A stretch of DNA of 36,813 nucleotides from an uncultured Bacteroidales bacterium (GCA_964420625.1 CAYQUB010000001.1:1-36813); one strand, 5' to 3'. Numbered from the stretch's first letter, positions 25,569 to 33,875 are shown. A program made the numbers and translations. Notes: generated from the letters alone by a model not told the origin.

Positions 25569-25598
25569 AAATCGCTATTTTTCAATAGCGATTTTTTG
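25568..25598. terminator. Bidirectional terminator between convergent genes
   Basis: An ATCGCTATT-TTTC-AATAGCGAT hairpin has a T-run on the plus strand and an A-rich flank upstream. It sits between the stops at 25568 (+) and 25601 (-). Confidence 0.6.
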
Positions 25599-25600
25599 AA

Positions 25601-26410
25601 TTATAAGTAATCGTCGTAAATGTTCTTCTGCCATCTTTCGCTGGCCAAGAACTCGGTATCGTCTTTTTCGCGTTTGATCTTCGAATAATGTTTGGTCCCG
25701 CGGGCCACGACTTCATAAGAAGTTACTTTCCCGAGGGTCGAAAGAACGTTTGTTACCATTGAAAAGTCGAACGACGAGCAGGAGAAAATATCGAAATAAA
25801 TCAGTTTGTCATCGTAATCATAATGCAAGGCGATGTGGCTTTGGGCGATCAGGATGATCCCGGACAGATAATGGGTTTTGTTGACGGTGCTCTTGATGAC
25901 GAACGGCCGGGTGATCGGCGTCATGCCGATCTCATAAACCAGTTTCTCCAAGAAATCAAACATGTTTTCCATGGTGATCCGGTTCTCGTAAGACAGCTCG
26001 GCCATGACATGGGGGCCGAAATCTTCTTTCGGATCATACGGGAGCGTGTTGAAGACATTGATGTCCCGGTCCCGGATCTCCAGCGTCGAGATCGTTTCAT
26101 TGTACGGGAGTTTTTCCAGAAGGTAGTTCTTCAAAACTTCGGTATCGAAATCCTCGGAAAAAATGTCAACGAAATAGCATTGGCGAAACGGGAAAGTATG
26201 AATGGTGATGTGTCCGCCTTCCAAAAAGACGAACGAGCTGATGCCGTCGTCTTCTTTGACTTTTCCGTAATAATACGGAACCAGCGACGGCGGCGCCACC
26301 GGGGTGAGTTTTAAGACATAGGGGATTTCATTGACGATTTTATTGATGTAGCGGATGTCATCGAGCAGGGTTTGCGTGGAACCGTAGCAGTCCAACATGA
26401 CATGTTTCAT
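25601..26410 (-). CDS. Tandem-duplicated S-adenosylmethionine decarboxylase-like (pyruvoyl enzyme fold) protein; candidate arginine or ornithine decarboxylase
   Basis: 269 aa, made of two halves of about 130 aa that each resemble class 1 AdoMetDC. Half 1 reads HVMLDCYG...GISSFVFLEGGHITIHTFP..YFVDIFS. Half 2 reads PHVMAELSY...LSGIILIAQSHIALHYD..IYFDIFSC. The start overlaps the agmatinase stop (TAATG). Confidence 0.7.
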   Translation of the reverse strand: MKHVMLDCYGSTQTLLDDIRYINKIVNEIPYVLKLTPVAPPSLVPYYYGKVKEDDGISSFVFLEGGHITIHTFPFRQCYFVDIFSEDFDTEVLKNYLLEKLPYNETISTLEIRDRDINVFNTLPYDPKEDFGPHVMAELSYENRITMENMFDFLEKLVYEIGMTPITRPFVIKSTVNKTHYLSGIILIAQSHIALHYDYDDKLIYFDIFSCSSFDFSMVTNVLSTLGKVTSYEVVARGTKHYSKIKREKDDTEFLASERWQKNIYDDYL

Positions 26411-27306
26411 TAATCTTTTCCTCCAATTTTAGGTGTTTTTGCGCATAACGATGCGAATACTTCATAAAGCAGTTTTAAGGCCGTCCAGGACGTGATGTCG
26501 TTGCTATCCAGTTTCGGCGACACTTCCATGATGTCCATGGCTTTCACCGGCAGGTTTTCCACCAAAAAAGTCATGATTTGTAAAGCTCCTTGGGAAGTGA
26601 TCCCAAAGGCTTCCGGCGTTCCGGTCCCCGGCGCGAACGACGGATCGATGGCATCAATGTCCAAAGACAGATAGACTTGGAAACGTTCGTCAAACTTGTC
26701 TTTTAAATGACGGATGGCCTCAAGTCCGAATTCATTGATTTTGGATGCTTTGATGACTTCGATCTCCGGATGCTCGGAAAACAGTTCCAGTTCCTGAAGC
26801 TCAAATCCCCGCCCGGCGAGCAGAACAATGTTCTCGCTTTTGTATCCCCGTTCGATGGCCCGGAAATTCGGGCAGGCATGGGAGAATTTGCTTCCGTCAT
26901 AAACATCGCAGATGTCGGGATGAGCATCGATGTGGATGATGGCCGGGATTTTGCCGTCCCGGATCGATCGGTCGTAAAAAGCCGCTTCCAGGGGAATGGA
27001 ACAAGAATGATCCCCTCCGAAGAATACCGAGAATTTATGAAGATCCAAAATCCCGGCGGCTTTGGCTTCGATCTTCGAAAACGGCGTGCGGTTATGGCCG
27101 ATGTTTCCAAAATCATACAGTTTCAGAGAGGTCAGATCGATCCCTTCTTTGGAAGCCGGAGGAAGATATCCGGATAGTTTTCGGATCCGGCTCGGGGCTC
27201 TTCCCGCGCCTTTTCCCACCGAAGCGTTGCGATCCAGGGCAATGCCCGCGATCGTCACGTTGGCTTTTCCCAAATCTTCGGTCAATAAATCTCGCCAAGG
27301 TTTCAT
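26410..27306 (-). CDS. Agmatinase / ureohydrolase family protein
   Basis: 298 aa with all the Mn-binding motifs: GGDHSCSIP, IHIDAHPDI and LSLDIDAIDPSFAPGTGTPE, plus MEVSP near the C-terminus. Confidence 0.8.
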   Translation of the reverse strand: MKPWRDLLTEDLGKANVTIAGIALDRNASVGKGAGRAPSRIRKLSGYLPPASKEGIDLTSLKLYDFGNIGHNRTPFSKIEAKAAGILDLHKFSVFFGGDHSCSIPLEAAFYDRSIRDGKIPAIIHIDAHPDICDVYDGSKFSHACPNFRAIERGYKSENIVLLAGRGFELQELELFSEHPEIEVIKASKINEFGLEAIRHLKDKFDERFQVYLSLDIDAIDPSFAPGTGTPEAFGITSQGALQIMTFLVENLPVKAMDIMEVSPKLDSNDITSWTALKLLYEVFASLCAKTPKIGGKD

Positions 27307-27347
27307 AAGTTTTCCCTTCTAATCATTCATATTATCATTAGCGGTTT

Positions 27348-27375
27348 ATTATATCATTTTTTGTTTTTTTTTCAA
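27348..27375 (-). promoter_or_regulatory. Candidate promoter of the agmatinase / AdoMetDC-like pair
   Basis: On the minus strand: TTGAAA, a 16 nt spacer, then TGaTATAAT. A GAAGGGAAA ribosome-binding site lies ahead of the ATG at 27306. Confidence 0.5.
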
Positions 27376-27385
27376 AGTTTTTAAT

Positions 27386-27414
27386 TTAAAAAGAGCCTTC
27401 GGTTTTTCGAAGGT
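27386..27414 (-). terminator. Rho-independent terminator of the lipoprotein-ABC operon
   Basis: On the minus strand, a CCTTCG-AAAAAC-CGAAGG hairpin is followed by CTCTTTTT, just after the stop at 27424. Confidence 0.6.
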
Positions 27415-27423
27415 TCTTGGGTG

Positions 27424-29457
27424 TCATTGCGAATTATCGGAATTGCCGACTTGGGCCCGGTAAATGTTCGCGTATACTCCGTTGGCGGCCAGCAGGTCGC
27501 GGTGGTTTCCCTCCTCGACTTTCAGGCCGTGGTCCAAAACGATGATCTTGTCCGCGTTGTAAACCGTGCTCAGGCGATGGGCGATGATGATGACCGTCCG
27601 GTTCTCACAAACGACTTTCAAGGCTTTCTTGATCATCTCTTCGGTTTCGGTGTCGATGTGCGAAGTTGCTTCATCCATGATCAGAATGGCCGGATCATGA
27701 ACGACGACGCGAGCCAAAGTGATGATCTGTTTTTCGCCGCTGCTCATGTTGACCCCGGCTCGGGTGATCGGCTGATTGATGCCGAGTTCATATTTATTGA
27801 TCAGTTTTTCGCCGCCCATTGATTTCAGGATCGCGATGATCCGTTCATCGGTGACCCCCTCTTTCCCAAAGCGGATGTTGCTGGCGATGGTCCCTTTGAA
27901 GAGCGTCGGTTCCTGAAGGACGATCCCGAGATGATAGCGGTAAGTTCGTTTCGGAAGTTTGGCGATGTCTTCGCCGTCGATGTAGATCTTTCCGGATTTC
28001 TCGTCGGTCAGATCATAAAAGCGCAACAAAAGATTCATCAGCGAACTCTTCCCGCTGCCGGTATGACCGACCAGCCCGACCATTTGGCCGCTTTTTACTT
28101 CAAAACTGACGCCTTTTAGGACGTACTCGTTTTCCACGTAAGCGAACCAGACATTATCGAAGCGAATGTCGCCGCGGAAACGTTCGACGGTACCGATGGT
28201 ATCGTCCTCGAGTTCGCCTTCGATCAGTTTGGCGATCCGTTCGGTCCGAACCAGGCTGTGTTGATATTCGCTGACCTGGTTGAAAACGATGCTGACCGGT
28301 TCGATGATCTTAAGCAAATATTCGTTATAAGCATAGACCAATCCGGCGGTGATGGCGATCCCCGAGACCGTCATCTTCTGCCAGCCGAAATAAGCAACGA
28401 TGAAGGCGGTGATCAAAGCCCGGATGATGTAGATCAAGTTCCATCCGGCGGTCAGATGCAGCTTTACTTCTTTCATCTGTTCGGTCATGAAATCCTGGTT
28501 GATGACATCGAATTCCTTGATGGTCGGTTTTTTGAAATTGAAGATCTGAAGGATGCTGATCCCGTTGATGATCTCATTGATTTTGGCGGTCAGAAGGCTC
28601 CTAAGTTCGTTGACTTTCTCCGCGAACCGATGCAAATGCTTCAAAAAGTAGCGGATCCAGACATAGATGAACGGATAAGCAAGGAAAGTAAGCACGGCCA
28701 GTTTCGAGTTAAGGAGGAACATCCCCACATACGCGAAGACGAAACTGAGAATGGCGGAAACAAAAACGTTGACGCTGAGCCGATACAAACCGATCATGCC
28801 ATCCACATCGGAGGTGATCCGGGCGGCCATTTTTCCGGCCGGTTCGGCTTCAAAGTATTTGATCGGCAGTCTCTCGACGCTGCTTAAGGCATCGGTTCTG
28901 GCATCGCGGGCAATATAACTGATGACCCGGCCCGTGCAGATCTGCTGCGCGTAACTGGCCGCGATGACAACGATGCTTTTCACAAACAGAAAGATGATCC
29001 AAAAGATCAAAAAGGGAACGATCGGCTGATAAAAGTCGAAAACAGCTTTGCTTTCCAGCCGGACGACGGGATAGACGAAAATGATGCCGTCGGCTCTGGT
29101 CACCGTCAGCGTTCCGTTTTCGAACGATCGGCTGCCGTTTTCCACTTCCGATTCAACCAGATAAAAACTGGTTTTGTTGATGACGATGTTCGCATCGCCC
29201 AAAGTGATCTCGCCGTCTGCCAGGTATCTGACCTGTTTGTAATGACGGCCGTCATAAGTGACGGTTTTGTCATCATCGTTGACCGGCACTTCGACCCAAG
29301 GGTATTCGATCCCCATGATGTAGTCGTCCAAAATGGTCATGACGATCAATGGGGTGATGAAACCCAGGACCTGGACCAAAACGATCAGCAGGACCGAGGT
29401 GACCAATAGGTGATAGCGTCCCTTCATGTACTTGAATACGCGTTTAAAATTCTTCAT
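27424..29457 (-). CDS. ABC exporter, fused permease/ATPase subunit with an enlarged extracytoplasmic loop
   Basis: Walker A is GHTGSGKSS, the signature is MSSGEKQIITLARV, Walker B is ILIMDEATSHID and the H-loop is IIAHRLST. About 100 non-hydrophobic residues lie between the first two TM helices. I set the start at the ATG at 29457 (MKNFKRV), which is preceded by AAAGGTGA. Confidence 0.85.
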   Translation of the reverse strand: MKNFKRVFKYMKGRYHLLVTSVLLIVLVQVLGFITPLIVMTILDDYIMGIEYPWVEVPVNDDDKTVTYDGRHYKQVRYLADGEITLGDANIVINKTSFYLVESEVENGSRSFENGTLTVTRADGIIFVYPVVRLESKAVFDFYQPIVPFLIFWIIFLFVKSIVVIAASYAQQICTGRVISYIARDARTDALSSVERLPIKYFEAEPAGKMAARITSDVDGMIGLYRLSVNVFVSAILSFVFAYVGMFLLNSKLAVLTFLAYPFIYVWIRYFLKHLHRFAEKVNELRSLLTAKINEIINGISILQIFNFKKPTIKEFDVINQDFMTEQMKEVKLHLTAGWNLIYIIRALITAFIVAYFGWQKMTVSGIAITAGLVYAYNEYLLKIIEPVSIVFNQVSEYQHSLVRTERIAKLIEGELEDDTIGTVERFRGDIRFDNVWFAYVENEYVLKGVSFEVKSGQMVGLVGHTGSGKSSLMNLLLRFYDLTDEKSGKIYIDGEDIAKLPKRTYRYHLGIVLQEPTLFKGTIASNIRFGKEGVTDERIIAILKSMGGEKLINKYELGINQPITRAGVNMSSGEKQIITLARVVVHDPAILIMDEATSHIDTETEEMIKKALKVVCENRTVIIIAHRLSTVYNADKIIVLDHGLKVEEGNHRDLLAANGVYANIYRAQVGNSDNSQ

Positions 29458-31198
29458 GGGTATCACCTTTGATTTGGTTCAGATATTGCATTTTATACCA
29501 GTTGTCATATTTGAGAAGTTCATTGTGCGTTCCTTGGGCGGTGATCACGCCATCTTGAAGAACCAGGATCTTGTCAGCCGCCGCGACCGCGGAAAAGCGA
29601 TGCGCCACGATGATGTTGGTTTTATCGCTCCTCGCCTGTTTTAGATTTCGGATGATGTTGGCTTCGGTCAGGGAATCCACGGCGCTCAAGGAATCATCCA
29701 AGATCAGGATTTCCGGATTCTTGACCAAAGCGCGGGCAATGGAAAGCCGCTGGCGCTGACCGCCGGAAAGCGATCCGCCCAGTTCCGCGACCATGGTGTC
29801 GATCCCGGATGGCAGTTCGCGCAGATCCTTTTTGAAATCCGCCAAAGATACGGCGGTGTCGATCTGACTTGGACTGGCATTGGGATTCCCGATGAGGATG
29901 TTGTCATCGACGGTCCTCCGAAACAGCACATGGTTTTGAGGAACGTACCCGACCAGGTTTCGGGCATCTTCGATCTTCAGTTTCCCGATGTCGGTCCCGT
30001 CAAACAAAATCTGGCCTTTGGTAACGTTGAATTCCCGAAGCAGCTGGCGGATGAGCGTGGATTTTCCGGCTCCGGTCGGCCCGACGATGCCGATGGTCTC
30101 GCCGCTGTTGATGGTGAAGGAGATGTTTTTGATGACGTCGAAATCATCAAACGGATATTTGAAACTGACGTTTTTAAATTCGATGGTTTTGAAACTGAAG
30201 ATCTCGCGAGCGGTTTCTTCGTCTTTTACTTCCGGCTCGAGATCCATGATCTCATAGAAACGTTCGTCGGAAATGATGATGTTGTTGACGGAGTTCAGAA
30301 TGTTCGAAAGCGCGACCAAAGGACCGTACAGCTGCCCGACATAAACGAGGAAAGTAACCAGATCGCCGGTGGAGATCTGGGACTTTAAGACCATGTAACT
30401 TCCGAAAGCAATGGCTACAAGGTAGGATACCGCGTAAACCATTTCAAACAATGGTCCGTAGACGGCTTCGAATTTGATGATCTTCCACCAGGAATTGATG
30501 TCCGCGTCAATGGCTTTTTTGGTCTTTTGAAAGTCATTTTCTTCCTGAGTGTAGGCCCGGACGGCTTTGGCGCCTTCAATCGACTCCAAAACCTTTTCGG
30601 TCATGTCCGCGTAGATCTCATGATGGGTTTTGTAATAAGCCCGTTTTTTCTGGCGCTGTTTGTTCAGCCAGAAAATGGCAAACGGCATGAGGATGACGCT
30701 CGCCAATGTCAGCCACGGATCGATCGTCAGCATGATGGCGATGGCCGAGATGACCATGCCGGTATTGAAGACCAGCGTCTGCAGAAACGAAGTCGCGAGG
30801 ACGGTCAGATTGTTCAGATCATTGCTGGCCCGGGAGATCAGATCGCCTTTGGTATATTTTTCGTAAATCGCGGAATCAAGTTCAAAAAGATGATCAATGT
30901 ATTTTTCGCGCAGCGCATAGGACAGTTTGTGTCCCAACCGGTTGATGTTCAGGTGATAGGCGATGGCCACGAAATACCGGCCGATCGGGATGGCCGCCAA
31001 AGTCAGGACCAAAAACACTAGCCGGTCAACGGTCAGGGTGCCGCTCGCAATTTCGTCGATGGCCATTCCCAGGATCTTGGCTGGCAAGACCGGAGTAATC
31101 GAAAGGATCAGCAGCAAAAAGGCCAGGCCGATGTATTTCTTGTATTCAACTTTGAAAAACCAACCTAAATGTTTATAGGCTTCTTTCAAGTTCCTCAC
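29444..31198 (-). CDS. ABC exporter, fused permease/ATPase subunit (degenerate-site half)
   Basis: Walker A is GPTGAGKST and the signature is LSGGQRQRLSIARAL. Walker B is ILILDDSLSAVD, with Asp in place of the catalytic Glu. Confidence 0.85.
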   Translation of the reverse strand: MRNLKEAYKHLGWFFKVEYKKYIGLAFLLLILSITPVLPAKILGMAIDEIASGTLTVDRLVFLVLTLAAIPIGRYFVAIAYHLNINRLGHKLSYALREKYIDHLFELDSAIYEKYTKGDLISRASNDLNNLTVLATSFLQTLVFNTGMVISAIAIMLTIDPWLTLASVILMPFAIFWLNKQRQKKRAYYKTHHEIYADMTEKVLESIEGAKAVRAYTQEENDFQKTKKAIDADINSWWKIIKFEAVYGPLFEMVYAVSYLVAIAFGSYMVLKSQISTGDLVTFLVYVGQLYGPLVALSNILNSVNNIIISDERFYEIMDLEPEVKDEETAREIFSFKTIEFKNVSFKYPFDDFDVIKNISFTINSGETIGIVGPTGAGKSTLIRQLLREFNVTKGQILFDGTDIGKLKIEDARNLVGYVPQNHVLFRRTVDDNILIGNPNASPSQIDTAVSLADFKKDLRELPSGIDTMVAELGGSLSGGQRQRLSIARALVKNPEILILDDSLSAVDSLTEANIIRNLKQARSDKTNIIVAHRFSAVAAADKILVLQDGVITAQGTHNELLKYDNWYKMQYLNQIKGDTHEEF

Positions 31199-31220
31199 CC
31201 CGCTTTGGAATGTTTATTTA

Positions 31221-32450
31221 TCAGTCTTGGCCAACCACGGCGTAATGGACATAAATGTTTTCACAAGCCGCAAGCATCGTTGTTAAATTGGCCAGATTGG
31301 CGCTTGGCGTGTAGATGTAATTTAACTTCGTGCACCAGCTAAACACGTGTTTGCCAAGCGACATGACGCTGCTCGGCACCACGATGGAAGTCAGTTTGCT
31401 GTTACCCCAGAAACCCCAAGCCCCAATGGTTGTGACCGTTGATTCCAAAGTTATGCTGAGCATTCCGGTGCAGCCGCTGAAAGCCGCTTCGCCGATGACC
31501 GGCGTCGGTATGACGATCGAGGACAACATCGTGCAGGCATTGAAGGCCTCGGTGCCGATGGTTAAAACGGAGACCGGAATGTTGACCGAAGTCAGATAAA
31601 CGCAGCCCGAGAAAGCTTGATTTCCGATGGCGGTGATGCCTTCCGGAATGGTAACGCCGGTTATGTCATCGTTGTTCAGAAAAGCTCCGTCCCCGATGGT
31701 GGTCACCGGAAGACCGTTGTAAGTTGCCATGATGACAACTTCCGGGCTGGTTCCGTCATATCCGCTCACCGAGTAAGTTTCCCCTTCGAGAACGTAGATG
31801 ACGCCCAGATCATCCTGGTCATACAAGGCCGTGACACTCAGGTCCCGGGTCACATCCAAGAAATCCTGATTCCAGCCCAGAAAGATATATCCTTCCCGAA
31901 CCGGATCGGCGGGAGCAGCGGCATCCGCTCCGTATTCCACCGTTTCGGTCTTGAGAATCGTTTCGTCATGATCAAAAAAGGTAACTTGATAAACATTGAT
32001 GGCATATAAAGCGTTGACGGTCAAATCGCCTTTTACATCGTTAAAGCCAATGTCCCAGCCGGTAAAAACATGACCCAAAACGGCGGTCGGGACCGGAGCG
32101 ACGGCGGCTTCCCCATACGCGACCTCCTGAGTTTCGATGACCGTGCCATCAAAGGCTTTGAAGGTCACGGTAAACATTAAGCTCTCCCACTTGGCAAAAA
32201 GAGTCAGATCCTTTTCGATGAGGGATTGGTTGGTGTACTCGGCTTGGTTTTCGTCAAACCAGCCCAGAAAAACATAACCTTCCTTTTCGGGAGTCGGCAG
32301 GACCGAAATCGCCGTGCCTTCCAAGGCGGTCATCGGAGATATTTCTCCAGCTCCGCCGGTGTCGAAAGTTACGGTATATTCTTGGCTCTGGCATCCCGCC
32401 AGCGACAGCAATAAAGTAATGATGATAAGGGCAATACTTATTTTTTTCAT
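31221..32450 (-). CDS. Surface lipoprotein with three Listeria-Bacteroides (Flg_new) repeats and a BspA-type leucine-rich repeat domain
   Basis: The lipobox signal peptide is MKKISIALIIITLLLSLAGC. Three repeats follow of the type YTVTF....EGYVFLGW......LTLFAKW. LRR_5-like repeats come after them (ITAIGNQAFSGCVYLTSVNIP, VLTIGTEAFNACTMLSSIVIP, VTTIGAWGFWGNSKLTSIVVP). The stop lies only 22 nt upstream of the ABC gene start. Confidence 0.8.
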   Translation of the reverse strand: MKKISIALIIITLLLSLAGCQSQEYTVTFDTGGAGEISPMTALEGTAISVLPTPEKEGYVFLGWFDENQAEYTNQSLIEKDLTLFAKWESLMFTVTFKAFDGTVIETQEVAYGEAAVAPVPTAVLGHVFTGWDIGFNDVKGDLTVNALYAINVYQVTFFDHDETILKTETVEYGADAAAPADPVREGYIFLGWNQDFLDVTRDLSVTALYDQDDLGVIYVLEGETYSVSGYDGTSPEVVIMATYNGLPVTTIGDGAFLNNDDITGVTIPEGITAIGNQAFSGCVYLTSVNIPVSVLTIGTEAFNACTMLSSIVIPTPVIGEAAFSGCTGMLSITLESTVTTIGAWGFWGNSKLTSIVVPSSVMSLGKHVFSWCTKLNYIYTPSANLANLTTMLAACENIYVHYAVVGQD

Positions 32451-32489
32451 ACAAATCTTCCTGTGGCTCTAATTTTGAAAACTTTAATC

Positions 32490-32518
32490 ATTATACTATG
32501 AATGAGGATTTTTTTCAA
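32490..32518 (-). promoter_or_regulatory. Candidate promoter of the lipoprotein-ABC operon
   Basis: On the minus strand: TTGAAA (32518-32513), a 17 nt spacer, then TATAAT (32495-32490). Confidence 0.5.
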
Positions 32519-32551
32519 ACGTTTTGTCCCGTTTCTAAGATAAATAAAAAT

Positions 32552-32622
32552 GATCCCGTCTTAAGTACCGATCTGACCTGATTCGCAGCTCAGTATTGGA
32601 TATAGGTACTTAAGACGGGATC
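32552..32622 (-). ncRNA. Candidate small structured RNA (about 75-85 nt), or an unusually long tadA terminator hairpin
   Basis: A perfect 18-bp inverted repeat (GATCCCGTCTTAAGTACC / GGTACTTAAGACGGGATC) encloses 35 nt that contain a smaller hairpin (CTGAGCTG-CGAAT-CAGGTCAG). On the minus strand it is followed by ATTTTTATTT. It is preceded by TTGAAA, a 17 nt spacer and TGtTATAAT. Confidence 0.3.
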
Positions 32623-32628
32623 GGTCTT

Positions 32629-32657
32629 ATTATAACAAATTTCTTTGGTTTTTTCAA
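32629..32657 (-). promoter_or_regulatory. Near-consensus promoter overlapping the tadA stop codon
   Basis: On the minus strand: TTGAAA (32657-32652, containing the tadA TGA), a 17 nt spacer, then TATAAT (32634-32629) with an extended TG. The predicted start falls at the first bases of the 18-bp hairpin arm. Confidence 0.45.
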
Positions 32658-33118
32658 GTCTCGGCCTTTTCGCGCAGTTTCTGAAAAAATTCTTTCATCA
32701 TGGTGCTGATTTCAACTTCATCAAGTCCCGAAGTCGCTTCAATTTGATGATTGAACCGGGTTTCTTTCGAAAGATCCATGATGCTTCCCAAAACCCCGAA
32801 CTTCGGCTCTTTGGCTCCGTAAACGACCCGTTTGATCCGGGCTTGAAAAATGGCTCCGGTGCACATTAGGCAAGGTTCCAAAGTAACGTAAAGCGTGGCG
32901 TCGTCCAAAAAACTCCGGCCCGTTTTTTTACAGGCCTTGTTGATGGCGATGATCTCCGCGTGCGCCAAAGCGCTCTTCTTGGCCACTCGCTGATTGTAGG
33001 CTCGGGCGATGACATGACCGTCTAACTCGATCACGCACCCGACCGGAACTTCATTTTTGCCTGCGGCGATCTTGGCTTGCCTGATCGCTTCTTTCATGAA
33101 AGTCAAATCATTTCCCAT
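32654..33118 (-). CDS. tadA: tRNA-specific adenosine(34) deaminase
   Basis: Motifs are [17 protein letters not shown] and [13 protein letters not shown] set the start at the ATG at 33118 ([15 protein letters not shown]), which matches the usual TadA N-terminus. The longer track ORF runs into tdk. Confidence 0.85.
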   Translation of the reverse strand: MGNDLTFMKEAIRQAKIAAGKNEVPVGCVIELDGHVIARAYNQRVAKKSALAHAEIIAINKACKKTGRSFLDDATLYVTLEPCLMCTGAIFQARIKRVVYGAKEPKFGVLGSIMDLSKETRFNHQIEATSGLDEVEISTMMKEFFQKLREKAET

Positions 33119-33701
33119 TCGGTTTTCCGGGGACAACATGGCAATGGCGGCACCGCGCCTCATATTGTTCCTGCGCTCCGACCAAGATGATCGGATCCGT
33201 GTAATTGGCCGGTTTTCCGTTGATGATCCTTTGCGTCCTCGTCGCCGGGGCGCCGCAAACCTGGCAGATGGCGTCCAGTTTGGTGACGAATTCCGCTCTC
33301 GCCAAAAGATCGGGCATGACTCCGAACGGTTCGCCGCGGAAATCTTTGTCCAGCCCGGCCACGATCACCCGCACGCCGCGGTTGGCCAAATCTTCGCAGA
33401 TGTCGATGAGGCCCCGAGACATGAACTGGGCTTCGTCGATGGCGATCGCGTAGGGCAATTTCGTTCCCAAATGTTCGTAAATTTCGCGCGGTTCGGTAAT
33501 CGCGATGGATTTCGCCCGCCCGTTGTTGTGCGATACCACTTCGTTGCTGCTGTAGCGAGTATCGATCAGCGGTTTAAAAACGACCACGCTCTTCTTCGCG
33601 TAATCGATCCTTTTGATCCTTCGCAGCAGTTCTTCCGTTTTCCCGGCGAACATGCTGCCCGCGATCACTTCGATCCAACCATCTTTGACTTGTAAATCCA
33701 T
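33108..33701 (-). CDS. tdk: Thymidine kinase
   Basis: 197 aa. Motifs are the P-loop [20 protein letters not shown] and the zinc ribbon C.VCG...C..C near the C-terminus. An AAGGAGA ribosome-binding site is present. Confidence 0.9.
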   Translation of the reverse strand: MDLQVKDGWIEVIAGSMFAGKTEELLRRIKRIDYAKKSVVVFKPLIDTRYSSNEVVSHNNGRAKSIAITEPREIYEHLGTKLPYAIAIDEAQFMSRGLIDICEDLANRGVRVIVAGLDKDFRGEPFGVMPDLLARAEFVTKLDAICQVCGAPATRTQRIINGKPANYTDPIILVGAQEQYEARCRHCHVVPGKPNGK

Positions 33702-33793
33702 TTTACCATCTCCTTGAAAACATTATATAATATTCCGACCCGATTGGAAAGAATTTTTTTGCTTTTTTCCGGCCCCGGTTTCGCAAATTTTTC

Positions 33794-33822
33794 TTGACTT
33801 AAAAAACAAATTGGGGTATAAT
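33794..33822 (+). promoter_or_regulatory. Promoter of rpmE
   Basis: TTGACT (33794-33799), a 17 nt spacer, then TATAAT (33817-33822). Confidence 0.6.
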
Positions 33823-33875
33823 AACGAAGGTAACTTACTATAGGTTCAAATACTCTATGGCGGAAGGAGAAAAAT

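Noticed and set aside
28258-28887. 209-aa plus-strand ORF
   Set aside because: It is an antisense shadow within the TM domain of the 680-aa ABC subunit.
32552-32622. SRP (4.5S/scr) RNA, suggested by the position downstream of tadA and the AUCAGGUCAGAUCGG string
   Set aside because: The conserved domain IV arrangement is not present. That arrangement is 5'-strand AGGUCAGGUCC, a GGAA tetraloop and 3'-strand GGAAGCAGCC. Here the similar string lies on the 3' side of the hairpin, the loop is not GNRA in the right place, and there is no AGCAGC strand after it. I kept the region only as an unclassified candidate small RNA or terminator.
33057-33695. 212-aa plus-strand ORF
   Set aside because: It is an antisense shadow of tdk/tadA, both of which are unambiguous on the minus strand.
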